In this document: piece after piece, positions 37,400-49,686 of the stretch
Numbering within the stretch: position 1 is the first letter of the stretch
Layout: each line of letters begins with the position of its first letter
Assembly (NCBI RefSeq): GCF_963921235.1
Contig: NC_086108.1
Span: forward strand, 71,984,001-72,048,000
Length of the DNA: 64,000 nt
Source of the DNA: Mobula hypostoma
Lineage: Eukaryota
Reading direction: 5' to 3'
Program-made: the position numbers and the translations under genes
The notes under the pieces: model-generated
Database searches by the model: none
Seen by the model: only the letters and a program-made list of their open reading frames with translations
Told to the model about the DNA's origin: nothing

Positions 37400-38080
37400 T
37401 CACTGCAGACAAGGTGAGGCTGACTTGAGGTGTGCGGTGCAATGCAACGTCAGAGCAAGGTCGAGGCATTTTCGAGGAGAAGTGGTTGGAGCACGGTTGA
37501 GACATGGTCGAGATGAAGTTGGGGCGTGCGAACCAGAGTAAAGTCAGAGTGGAGGAGTTTCAGAAGCCATTCACCTGAACCGAGAGTGAGGTCTGATCGA
37601 TTTAAACGCCAGCTCAATTTGGATAGGTCAGGTATGGGCTGAAACATGGCAGCAGGGTCCAGACGCAGAGTGTATGGACGCGACAAGGCCCAGGTGCTAA
37701 TGTGGGGAACGACCGGTGTTTGGACAATTTAAATGCTGGGCCAGATGGATTGAAAAGGCAGGGTGTCAGGACTGGAGGTGGGGCTGGCTGGTTCTGGTCA
37801 GTGCTCTGTGGGGTTTGCTCTTCTCTCCGCTGCACTGAAGCTGAAGCTGGGGCCTACTTTGGCCTTCATGTCTATGGACTCACTTTTGTTCTGAATGCTG
37901 TTACTTGCTTTTATTGTTTCCACGATTTGGGTTTCCTTTTTCTCTCTGTGCATCAGATATTAGTCGGTTTTTTTTAAATGGGTTCTTTGGGTTTCTTGTT
38001 TTATGACTGCCTGTAAGGAGACAAATCTCAGTCCTATAATTTATACATGATTTGATGATAAATGTACTTTGAACTTTGAG
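37400..38080 (+). mobile_element. Non-coding interspersed repeat with a Rex-like 3' tail (putative non-autonomous retroelement)
   Basis: CpG-containing body, T-rich 3' region, ending ATAAATGTACTTTGAACTTTGA. Confidence 0.55.
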
Positions 38081-38348
38081 ATGTTATTCAGAAGCTTGTT
38101 TTCACCCTTCAAGAAAATTGACAGTTAGATGACTCAGACCACCTTTCAAAGTTGACTGGTTTCATTTATGTGTATTGGGAGTGGGTGAACCACAACATTT
38201 TAATGGGTTGCCTTACATTTGGCATGTAATGGGAGAAGGGAGCATTTCATTTTATTCTTATTTGTTTTCTCTTTTCTTATATATAAATCCACCATTATCA
38301 ATTACTGAACAATCCCTATGCTCTAAGATGTATACACACACACACACA

Positions 38349-40161
38349 CAGTGCCTATAAAAATTATTCACCCCATTGAAAGTTTTCATGTTATTATTAT
38401 TTTACAACATTGAATCACAGTGAATTTAATTCGACTTTTTTTACACTGATCAACAGAAAAAGACTCTTTTGTGTCAAAGTGAAAACAGAACTCTACAAAG
38501 TGATCTAAATTAATTACAAATATAAAATAATTAATATGACACATCAAATCATCACTGGTGCCGCCTAGTTTTAGAGGTCACATAGTCAGTTCAATGGAGA
38601 TCACCTGTGTGCAGTCAAGGTGTTTCAATTGATTGTAGTAAAACTACACCTGTGTCTGGAAGGTTCGACTACTGCTGAGTCAGTCTCCTGGTAAAAATGA
38701 GACCATGAAGATGAAAGAACACGCCAAGCATCTCTGCAAAAAAAGTTACTGGAAAGCACATGTCAGGAGTTGGACGCATGAAAATTTCCAAGTCACTGAA
38801 TACCCCTTGGAGTACAGTTAAGGAAAGAATATGGCACTGCTGTGAATCTGCCTAAAGCAGGCTGTCCTCAAAAACTGAGTGAAGGTGCAAGAAGGGGACT
38901 AGTGAGGGAGGCCACCAAGAGACCTATGACAACTCTGGAGGAGTTACAGGCTTTAGTGGCTGAGATGGGAGAGAGTGTTCAGGTGCTGTCACCCAGGTGT
39001 TTCACCAGTCACAGCTTTATGGGAGAGTGGCAAAGAGAAAGCCACTGCTGGAAAAGATCTTACATGAAATCTTGGCTAGAGTTTGCTGGAAGGCATGTGG
39101 GAAACTTTGATGTCAGCTGGAAGAAGGTTCTACGGTCTGATGAAACCAAAATTGAGATTTTTGGCCATCAGACTAAACACTATGTTTGGCATAAGCCAAA
39201 TACCGCACATCATCAAAAACACACCATCCCTACTGTGAAGCATGGTGGTGGCTGCATCATGCTGTGGGGATGCTTCACTGCAGCAGGCCCTGGAAGGCTT
39301 TGAAGGTAGAGGGTAAAATTAATGCAGCAAAGTACAGGGAAATCCTGGAAGAAAAGCTGATGCAGTGTGCAAGAGAACTGTGACTTGGGAGAAGATTTGT
39401 TTTCCAGCAAGGCAATGACCCCAAGGATAAAACCAAAGCTACACAGGAATAGCTTAAAAACAACAATGTTAGTGTCCTGGGGTGGCCAAGTCAGAGTCCA
39501 GACCTCAATCCAATTGAGAATTTGTGGCTGTTCACTCAAGATCCCCATACAATCTGACAGAGCTTGAGCAGTTTTGTAAAGGAAAGGAAAGGTACATCAC
39601 ATCCGGAGATTCCCTGGTTAGTGGACGATTTACCTCCACGCCTCTCTGAGATAGTGGGGAACCGCGTAGAAGGTAAGTTACAGCAGTGGTTTGCCGTTGC
39701 CTTCTGCCTGGTGAGTTTCCAAAGAGATCACCAGCTCGTAACCCAGCATGGATGGAAAGCATGCAGGGGAGCCGGCTAGATTCGAACTAGGGACGTTCTG
39801 TCCTGAAGTCCGGCACTGATGCCACTACACCACCAGCCGGGTCTCAGTTTTGTAAAGAAGAATGGGAAAAAATTGCAGTGTCCAGATGTGCAAAGCTGAT
39901 AGAGACCTATCCACACAGACTCAAGGCTGTAATTGCTGCCAAAGGTGCATCTAATAACTACTGACTTGAAGGGGGTGACTAATTATGCAATCAATTATTT
40001 TATGTTTAAGAAATTTAGACCAATTTATAGAAATTTGTTTTCACTTTGACACAAGAAGGGTATTTTTCTGTTGACCAGTGTCAAAAAAGCTAAATTAAAT
40101 CCATTGTGATTCAATGTTGTAAAACAATAAAACACAGAAACTTCCAAGGGGGAGGGTGCTG
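38349..40161 (+). mobile_element. Tc1/mariner DNA transposon (IR/DR type) with a defective transposase
   Basis: About 200-bp imperfect TIRs (CAGTGCC..TATTCACCCC / GGGGGAGGGTGCTG-TA). Motifs WKKVLRSDETKIE, PTVKHGGGCIMLWGCF, FQQ.NDP and [15 protein letters not shown]. Confidence 0.93.
39582..39844 (-). mobile_element. tRNA-derived SINE nested in Tc1
   Basis: Minus-strand A box TGGTGTAGTGG and B box AGTTCGAATCT, with a (CCTTT)n tail. 13-bp TSD CAGTTTTGTAAAG at 39569-39581 and 39845-39857. Confidence 0.9.
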
Positions 40162-40446
40162 TATATATAGCAGGACTTCTGTCTGCCCTGTGGGTTCAAG
40201 GGTATACAGTAAATGAAAAAATGTTGAATTAGTTTGTTTATGGTTAGTATTTGATTATATTAATTTGAGACATATTAAGTTTCTTGAATTGTAGACAGTA
40301 ATATTATATTACATATGACTTGTTAGACCAAGGAGATTTGGGGAATTGCAAAGATTGCAGACAACCCAAAGCTAGAATGCAGTTTCTCTGTATAATACCA
40401 AAACAGCTTAGCCATTTAGCAGCCATTTCCATAGATGTGTGAACAT

Positions 40447-41311
40447 TGTGACGAGAATACACATAAATTAATATGTTTGCGGGCCTGGGCTAGCATCAGT
40501 GGCATCAGCAGTTGGTCTGCCACCTGTCCTCAGGGGAAGGAGAGATAAGGAACAATGAAGCAGCATCTGGAGATGTGTAATGAAGGGACGGGAGAGAGAG
40601 CTGTCTGGAGCGGCTCCCCCTTTGAACCCTGAACTGTTTGAAGTGATGGACAGGCGATACCCCAGCAGGGGGATAAAAAGGGACAGGTTCGCTAAGGCAG
40701 GACACTCACGACACCCGAGGTAACGAGACCCTGGAAGCGGTACGCTTCTCACGAGTCGGTGGGAAGTACCAGACCATAAACGCACAGGGTGGAAAGGTAC
40801 GATCAGCGGGAACCCGGTGTGTGGTCCACCCTTGCTTGGGTGCCGGGTTCACTGCAGAGGATCGACCGCATCTGGAGGAGGGGTCACAGTCGGTGACCTC
40901 AGGTGACATCACAAGGGACCCGCCCAAAAGCTGCTTGTGAGCCATATCGCCGGTCTGTGAGTGGAAGCCGTTTCTGAATGATCAGCCGTTCTCGTTCTCT
41001 CTCTCCCTCCCCCCCCCACGTTGTCCATCGCCATGGCAACGATTACTGCGAACTGAACTAAATCGAACTGGACTTTTGTGTCACTTTGAAATTGGTCATT
41101 TACCCCCAGACAACGATAGAGCTTGATTGATGCTGTTATCTTAATTCTGTGCACATGTGTGTTTATCATTGCTGAACTGTTGCATTTATTATCCTTTCAA
41201 TTACTGTGTTGCTTGTTTCTTTAATAAAACTTTCTTAGTTCTAGTAACCCAGACTCCAACTGAGTGATCCATTTCTGCTGGTTTGGCAACCCAGTTACGG
41301 GGTACGTAACA
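40447..41311 (+). mobile_element. Solo LTR, 865 bp, Gypsy/ERV-type
   Basis: TGTGACG...CGTAACA inverted termini, 4-bp TSD ACAT (40443-40446 and 41312-41315), AATAAA at 41223, CpG-rich. Confidence 0.85.
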
Positions 41312-42323
41312 ACATCATCTCAACTTATTAAATCATTCTCTATAGCTTTAATCTGAATGATTTAATAGGGTTAAGAAGAAAAGGAGATCCTGGAGGCAAA
41401 TGAAATATCAAAGGCTAGTTCTATGAATCATCTTGATTTTTAATGTTCAGATCACTTCCGAGAGTTGTAAGTAAAATTTGCCCAAAGACTTTACTTTTTG
41501 AGCCAAATTGCAGAACAAAATAGTGAAAACAAGTTTATTCATTGTTAAAATAGGAAAATCAAAATTTTATGGTTGTTACGAATGTGGAAGAAATAGATTA
41601 GATTTTAAGGCTTCATTCTTGACTGAGTAGCACAGTTAAGTACAACAGCAGCAAAAGTGGTAATTTATTAAAAGATTTTAGCCAAAGGCTCCACAATTAT
41701 TAGCTCTTTCTACATGACCCCTTTTCTTTCATAATTGATTGCTAATTGCCTCTCCTATCCTCAGTGTTTGAAGAAACACTATGCAGCCATATAATGTGTA
41801 GCCAAAAAGAATAAGAGTGAAGCACAATGCAGGCCTTTCAGAAAGCTGATCTATATTTCTAAACTGTCATTGTTCTAAAAATTTGCATATTGTTCTTATC
41901 AGCATCTCAGGTACAGTTAACTATGAAAATTTTCTCTTTCCTCAATGTGAAAATCAACCTTTCATGCAAATCATGCGAACTACTCAGCAGACAGTGACCT
42001 TACAGTGAACTCACTATTACCACACCATATAAGCAAGGTTAATAGCTTTTATTTTTATTCATGGGTTTTCCACCAACAGTGACGTATTGAAATACAACTT
42101 TTTAAGTGTTAATTATTTCAGTAAAGCCTTTGTCCAGGTAACACTAAGCTAGAGGACCTGCATTGAATTCCATTTTGGTATTGTGCAAACTAGTTCCAGT
42201 TATGTAGAATAATTGGCCTCAATATTCCTGGATTAGAGTAATGCGGTGGGGGTGGGAGGGGGAAGAAAAACATGTTATGTATTAACTTACATGCGTGTGA
42301 CCATACAGTTAGGATAGAAATAG

Positions 42324-44588
42324 CAAACAACAGGAATTCTGCAGATGCTGGAAATTCAAGCAACACACATCAAAGTTGCTGGTGAACGCAGCAGGCCAAG
42401 CAGCATCTATAGGAAGAGGCGCAGTAGATGTTTCAGGCCGAGACCCTTCGTCAGGACTAACTGAAGGAAGAGTGAGTAAGGAATTTGAAAGCTGGAGGGG
42501 GAGGGGGAGATGCAAAATGATAGGAGAAGACAGGAGGGGGAGGGATAGAGCTGAGAGCTGGACAGGTGATAGGCAAAAGGGGATACGAGAGGATCATGGG
42601 ATAGGAGGTCCGGGAAGAAAGATGGGGGGGGGGGTTGACCCAGAGGATGGGCAAGGGGTATATTCAGAGGGACAGAGGGAGAAAAAGGAGAGTGAGAGAA
42701 AGAATGTGTGCATAAAAATGAGTAACAGATGGGGTACGAGGGGGAGGTGGGGCCTAGTGAAAGTTAGAGAAGTCAATGTTCATGCCATCAGGTTGGAGGC
42801 TACCCAGACGGAATATAAGGTGTTGTTCCTCCAACCTGAGTGTGGCTTCATCTTTACAGTAGAGGAGGCCGTGGATAGACATGTCAGAATGGGAATGGGA
42901 TGTGGAATTAAAATGTGTGGCCACTGGGAGATCCTGCTTTCTCTGGTGGACAGAGCGTAGATGTTCAGCAAAGCGGTCTCCCAGTCTGCGTCGGGTCTCA
43001 CCAATATATAAAAGGCCACATCGGGAGCACCGGACGCAGTATATCACCCCAGTCGACTCACAGGTGAAGTGATGCCTCACCTGGAAGGACTGTTTGGGGC
43101 CCTGAATGGTGGTAAGGGAGGAAGTGTAAGGGCATGTGTAGCACTTGTTCCGCTTACACGGATAAGTGCCAGGAGGGAGATCAGTGGGGAGGGATGGGGG
43201 GGACGAATGGACAAGGGAGTTGTGTAGGGAGCGATCCCTGCGGAATGCAGAGAGAGGGGGGGAGGGAAAGATGTGCTTAGTGGTGGGATCCCGTTGGAGG
43301 TGGCGGAAGTTACGGAGAATAATATGTTGGACCCGGAGGCTGGTGGGGTGGTAGGTGAGGACCAGGGGAACCCTATTCCTAGTGGGGTGGTGGGAGGATG
43401 GAGTAAGAGCAGATGTACGTGAAATGGGGGAGATGCGTTTAAGAGCAGAGTTGATAGTGGAGGAAGGGAAGCCCCTTTCTTTAAAAAATGAAGACATCTC
43501 CCTCGTCCTAGAATGAAAAGCCTCATCCTGAGAGCAGATGCGGCGGAGACGGAGGAATTGCGAGAAGGGGGATGGCGTTTTTGCAAGAGACAGGGTGAGA
43601 AGAGGATAGTCCAACATATTATTCTCCGTAACTTCCGCCACCTCCAACGGGATCCCACCACTAAGCACATCTTTCCCTCCCCCCCTCTCTCTGCATTCCG
43701 CAGGGATCGCTCCCTACACAACTCCCTTGTCCATTCGTCCCCCCCATCCCTCTCCACTGATCTCCCTCCTGGCACTTATCCGTGTAAGCGGAACAAGTGC
43801 TACACATGCCCTTACACTTCCTCCCTTACCACCATTCAGGGCCCCAAACAGTCCTTCCAGGTAAGGCATCACTTCACCTGTGAGTCGACTGGCGTGATAT
43901 ACTGCGTCCGGTGCTCCCGATGTGGCCTTTTATATATTGGTGAGACCCGACGCAGACTGGGAGACCGCTTTGCTGAACATCTACGCTCTGTCCGCCAGAG
44001 AAAGCAGGATCTCCCAGTGGCCACACATTTTAATTCCACATCCCATTCCCATTCTGACATGTCTATCCACGGCCTCCTCTACTGTAAAGATGAAGCCACA
44101 CTCAGGTTGGAGGAACAACACCTTATATTCCGTCTGGGTAGCCTCCAACCTGATGGCATGAACATTGACTTCTCTAACTTCCGCTAGGCCCCACCTCCCC
44201 CTCGTACCCCAGCTGTTACTCATTTTTATGCACACATTCTTTCTCTCACTCTCCTTTTTCTCCCTCTGTCCCTCTGAATATACCTCTTGCCCATCCTCTG
44301 GGTCACCCCCCGCCCCCCGTCTTTCTTCCCGGACCTCCTGTCCCATGATCCTCTCGTATCCCCTTTTGCCTATCACCTGTCCAGCTCTCGGCTCTATCCC
44401 TCCCCCTCCTGTCTTCTCCTATCATTTTGCATCTCCCCCTCCCCCTCCCCCTCCAGCTTTCAAATCCCTTACTCACTCTTCCTTCAGTTAGTCCTGACGA
44501 AGGGTCTCGGCCTGAAACGTCGACTGTGCCTCTTCCTATAGATGCTGCTTGGCCTGCTGCGTTCACCAGCAACTTTGATGTGTGTTGC
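42324..44588. mobile_element. Penelope-like element (Neptune-type), head-to-head inverted duplication
   Basis: The minus arm (42324-43613) carries RT thumb SQFLRLRRICS plus GIY-YIG. The plus arm (43609-44588) carries GIY-YIG. TSD TAGGATAGAAATAG at 42310-42323 and 44589-44602. Confidence 0.97.
44490..44525 (+). ncRNA. Minimal type I hammerhead ribozyme in the PLE pLTR
   Basis: AGTC-CTGACGA-AGGgtctcggCCT-GAAA-CGTC^GACT. Stem I is AGTC/GACT, the core is intact and the predicted cleavage is after 44521. Confidence 0.8.
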
Positions 44589-44929
44589 TAGGATAGAAAT
44601 AGAACTAGTTTTGTTTCCTTTTATAGTGAACATGTTGGTGACATAATTCAAACAAGAAATAGCAAATAGAATGAGACATGGGAACAAATGGAAAAGTTCT
44701 AGACTGTACACATATAGTATAAATGGCCAAATATTTCATATATGGTTATGAATTTCATATATATACAAGCTGTCAGAAAAAGAATTTAATTTTGTTATAT
44801 ATGTGAGTTTAAATGAGGAACATTTAAAATGGTCTAAATTCTTTTTTAATTTTTAAGATAGTATTTTTCAATAGAGGGTTTCTTTCCTGCAGTTGGGCTA
44901 TCCACATACTGTTTCAAGGCCATATTAGA

Positions 44930-45665
44930 CTTTGTATTGGGAAACAAGCTGGCCTGGTGATTAGGGTTTTGGTGGGAGATTGTTTTGAGAACAGTGATCA
45001 CTACATCTTAAGTTTTAAGATTGTTATGAATAAGGATGTCTGGACCACAGGGAAATTGGCAATTGGGGGAAGCCAAGTTACAACAGTATTAGATGGGATT
45101 TTGGAAGAGTGGGAGCAATTGTTTTTGAGCACTCCCAAATCTGTCATATGGGAGTTGTTTAAAGAGCAGCTAATTGGAATTTAGGATGAATATTTTCCGG
45201 TCTGGAGGAAAGACCAGGATAGCAAGGCAAGGAAAGATGGGAGCTGTAGTTTAGTGAAAAGGAAATATACCGTCTGATGTAGGAAGTTGAAATCATACAG
45301 GACCCTTAATGAATATAATGGAAAGCAAGAAATAAATAAAGCGAGGCAATAGGAGGACCAAAAGGGCCAATGACATGTCCTTGGTAAGTTTATTAGGTAA
45401 ATCTAAAGGCATTTTATACAATACATTTAAAATAAAAGGTTAACTAGGGAAACAGTCTGACCACAGGGACAAAGGAGAGAAATTATGCCCAGAGCTTATT
45501 TTGCCTAAACAAGATAGTGGTGTTTAAGAGACATTTATACATGCATATGAATATACATGGAAATGGGGGATATGGATCAAGTCTAGGCAGATGGGATTAG
45601 TTCAATTTGGCACCATGGTTGGTTTAGATACTATGTGCATTTTCCTGTGCTCTACTATCTATGTT
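44930..45665 (+). mobile_element. Very degraded CR1 pieces
   Basis: F..SDH.ILSFKIVM.KD..W..FK.QLI, plus a CR1-type 3'UTR at about 45520-45665. Confidence 0.6.
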
Positions 45666-46774
45666 ATAAATATGACAAATTGTGTGGGCATCAGGTTAAA
45701 ACAAAACTCACTTTGTAAGACATTTAGCCCATTATTCAGTTATGCAAATGTAATTGAAAGTGATTTGTAATTTTATCATTTCTATTAACCTAACATAAAT
45801 CATCTGGAACTGAATAAGAGAAGGCAAATAAATTTTGATCAAATTCAGGGTTTCTTGAGTATTGAGCAGTCTGCTCTTGTCAATTGAGTAATATTGAGAT
45901 CCATGAGGATGCTGAGGAGACTAAAGCCAGGAAAGCCAATTACAAACAGTCCCAGCTTTCTGTCAATCTCCCTGCTTTCTTCTGCAAAGCTCAATCCACA
46001 GACTTTTCAATTGTAGTTAATTATACCATTTGTCATGAATTTGATTTTTGTCTAACAGAGGCCATTAGCTTTGATTTGCCTATTATTTATGGTGTTTAAA
46101 TAACCTCTCATGATTGAATTTATTGAAATACTTTTGAATGTAGATAGCATATTAACTATTTTCACTAGGCAACATCAATCCAGCTCTAGGCTCCACTGTT
46201 AATATCTATAGTCTAAAGGTTATTATGGTGGATATTAATGTATGAATGACAAGCAAATGCATATTGTCTTCTGCCTTTATTTTACCACAAGATGCTGCTT
46301 AATGCCAATGCAAATTGCAGTTGAAAGAGTCAGGGAGTCATGGAGACCCACAGCATGGAAACTAGCCATTCTGCCCAACATATCCATGCTAACAGCGGGC
46401 AGTCAACTCCTCTAATTACATCTCCCAGTACATGGCCCATGCCCTTCTCTACCTAAATGATTTGAGCCATCTAGACACTTCTTAAATGCTACCTGCAGCC
46501 TCTCATCATCCACCTTCTTGTGCAGTGCATTCCAGGTACTCACCACTCTCTGGGTGAGAAAGGTCTGACTTGCCTATGCTGATTCGTTTCTAGGAGTGCT
46601 GTGTCAATGTATTTAACATTGAACCTCTAATATCATCCATGTTAATTTCTGACTTTGTGAGTACTGTTAGTAATTGTTTGTATTGCAATCTGATCCCTAC
46701 ACTCCCAACTGTTAAGATATTAGCCCCTCAGTGCACTCTTGATTAATTACCCAAGTAAGACAGAACAAGGATCA

Positions 46775-47775
46775 GGGATCAGTGCTGGGTCCATTGTTAT
46801 TTGTCATCTATATCAATGATCTGGATGATAATGTGGTAAATTGGATCAGCAAGTTTGCTGATGATACAAAGATTGGAGGTGTAGTAGACAGTGAGGAAGG
46901 TTTTCAGAGCCTGCAGAGGGACTTGAACCAGCTGGAAAAATGGGCTGAAAAATGGCAGATGGAGTTTAATACTGACAAGTGTGAGGTATTGCACGTTGGA
47001 AGGACAAACCAACGTAGAACATACAGGGTTAATGGTAAGGCACTGAAGAGTGCAGTGGAACAGAGGGATCTGGGAATACAGATACAAAATTCCCTAAAAG
47101 TGTCGTCACAGGTAGGTAGGGTCGTAAAGAGAGCTTTTGGTACATTGGCCTTTATTAATCGAAGTATTGAGTATAAGAGCTGGAATGTTATGATGAGGTT
47201 GTATAAGGCATTGGTGAGGCCGAATCTGGAGTATTGTGTTCAGTTTTGGTCCCCAAATTACAGGAAGGATATAAATAAGGTTGAAAGAGTGCAGAGAAGG
47301 TTTACAAGGATGTTGCCAGGTCTTGAGAAACTCAGTTACAGAGAAGGGTTGAATAGGTTAGGACTTTATTCCCTGGAGCGTAGAAGAATGAGGGGAGATT
47401 TGATAGAGGTATATAAAATTATGATGGGTATAGATAGAGTGAATGCAAGCAGGCTTTTTCCACTGAGGCAAGGGGAGAAAAAAACCAGAGGACATGGGTT
47501 AAGGGTGAGGGGGGAAAAGTTTAAAGGGAACATTAGGGGGGGCTTCTTCACACAGAGAGTGGTGGGAGTATGGAATGAGCTGCCAGACGAGGTGGTAAAT
47601 GCGGGTTCTTTTTTAACATTTAAGCATAAATTGGACAGATACATGGATGGGAGGTGTATGGAGGGATATGGTCCGTGTGCAGGTCAGTGGGACGAGGCAG
47701 GAAATGGTTCGGGCACAGCCAAGAAGGGCCAAAGGGCCTGTTTCTGTGCTGTAGTTTCTATGGTTTCTATGGTTT
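46775..47775 (+). mobile_element. Young 5'-truncated CR1 LINE with an open ORF2 C-terminus
   Basis: ORF 46782..47777 QGSVLGPLLF..SKFADDTKIGG..LVRPNLEYC is uninterrupted and ends in a (TTTCTATGG)n tail. Confidence 0.97.
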
Positions 47776-48109
47776 AAGAGTGAAGGTTTAAAGAATGGCG
47801 GTGGCCATGTAAGCAGATACACAGAGAACGACTGCAAGGCGTAAATTTGGAGCTGTTGCTCAGCCCAGTGTAGACAGATAGAAAAAGTAAGGGAACATAA
47901 TTTTCTCTAATGTTCTTATGTTCTCTGATTTTAAAAAAACAAATTTTAAAGGTATACATTAATCATTAAAATATGAAATATATTTCAATTTGTACAGACA
48001 CAGAAAAGTATTGATTTGGACATGTCTAAAAACAATTACATGGAAACTTCAGCCCAACCGGTCGATAGAAGTAAGCCTTCATTCATTCATTCTTCATTCC
48101 TTTTCAATC

Positions 48110-48800
48110 AATGGGCAAATTTGCTTGAGCTGTTGTGGAGGGTTTAGACTAGTTTAGCAGGGGTCGAGAAACTGGAGTGATGGGACTGAGGATGGGGCAG
48201 TTGGTATACAAGTAGATGGAATTTGTAATGATACTGTGAGGATGGACAGACAAAATTGGATAGGGCAAATTGCAGTCAGTGGGGTGAGTTGAAGTGTAAT
48301 ATTGGAGCAAAATTGAAAAGGACGAAGAATACAGGACTGACAGTGTTATATTTGAACGTATCCGATATATGGAATAAAGGATATTATCTTGTAGCACATT
48401 TAGATATTGGCTGGTATGACATTGTGTACATCACTGAATTGTGATTGAAAGAACATTATAGCTGGAGATTAACGTCCAAAGATACACATTGCATCGAAAG
48501 GACAGGCAGGTAGGCAGAGGGGGTAGGGCGGGCCTGTTAAAAAAATGAAATCAATTCCTTAGTAAGAGGTGTCATAGGATCAGAAGATGTTGAATTCTTG
48601 TGGGTAGAGCTATGAAACTGCAAAAAGACCCCAACTGGAGTTATACAGACCTCCAAACAATGGCAAAGATGTGGCCTACAAATTACAATAGGAAATAGAA
48701 AATGCATGTCAAAAGGGCAATATTACAATAGTCATGGGAGATTTCAATATGCAGGTTGATTGGGAAATTCAGGTTGGTGCTGGATCCCAAGAGGGCGAGC
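48110..48800 (+). mobile_element. Degraded CR1 ORF1 end / ORF2 endonuclease start
   Basis: L.VLYLN..I.NK..YDIV.ITE, RKDR..GRGG and MGDFNMQVDW. Confidence 0.75.
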
Positions 48801-49686
48801 TTTATATAATTTTAAAGAATTTTCTTGTACCACACAGCTTTTTGCTTTCAGAAAATAATCATAAAGTGCTACAAGACAACAACAGGAGCTTTGGCCACCA
48901 TGTCATTTTGACTGTTCTGTCCACTTGCACTATTCCCATTCGCCCCCATTAGGCCCATGTCCTTCCATGCCTTACCTGCTTAAATGCCTGTCTTAAGTGT
49001 CTCTAAAATGCTGTGATTGTAACTGACTACATAATCTCCTCTTGCAGCAAGTTTCAGATATCAACCACTCTCTGCATTTAAAAAAAAACAAATTCCATTT
49101 ACAATTCCTTCCTCTCACTTAAATCTATGTCCTCTTGTTTTTTTGATTCTGACTGTCTACCCAATCTACCACTCTTATAATTTTGCATATCCTGATCAGG
49201 TTAGCCTCTAATCTACTTTTGCTCCAAGGGAATCAAACCCAGCCTAATCAATCCCACCATGAACCAGGCAACATCCTAGTGAACCTCCTATGCATTCAGT
49301 CCAGTGCAACTATATCCTTCCAACTGGGTGACGACCAGAACTGCACCCTGTGTACCTCGAGCTTGCTCTAGACACTGTTCTGAAAAATTGCATTTTAAGT
49401 CCCAATTTTTATATTCTATGCCCTGACCCATTGTGGTAAACCATGTATATATGTTGTAACTCGGTTACCTGTCTGGACACACCCCTCTGCTGACTGCCCC
49501 TGTGGCTCCTCCCACAGAGTCCTGTATAAAGGTGTTCGCCTTGCCCCTCCCCCTCAGTCCGGGGGCAGACACTCACTGTGGAGGTCGTATTGTACAACGA
49601 ATAAAAGCCTTTCAGTATTTTACCAAACCTCAGTCTTTTGGAGTAATTGAAGGTGCTTCAATTTTATTCGCTGTATGTTTTAAAAC

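Noticed and set aside
42754..44187. Long overlapping ORFs on both strands (304, 232 and 224 aa) as novel genes
   Set aside because: They are chimeric reads across the inverted PLE junction and antisense frames of the same GIY-YIG sequence.
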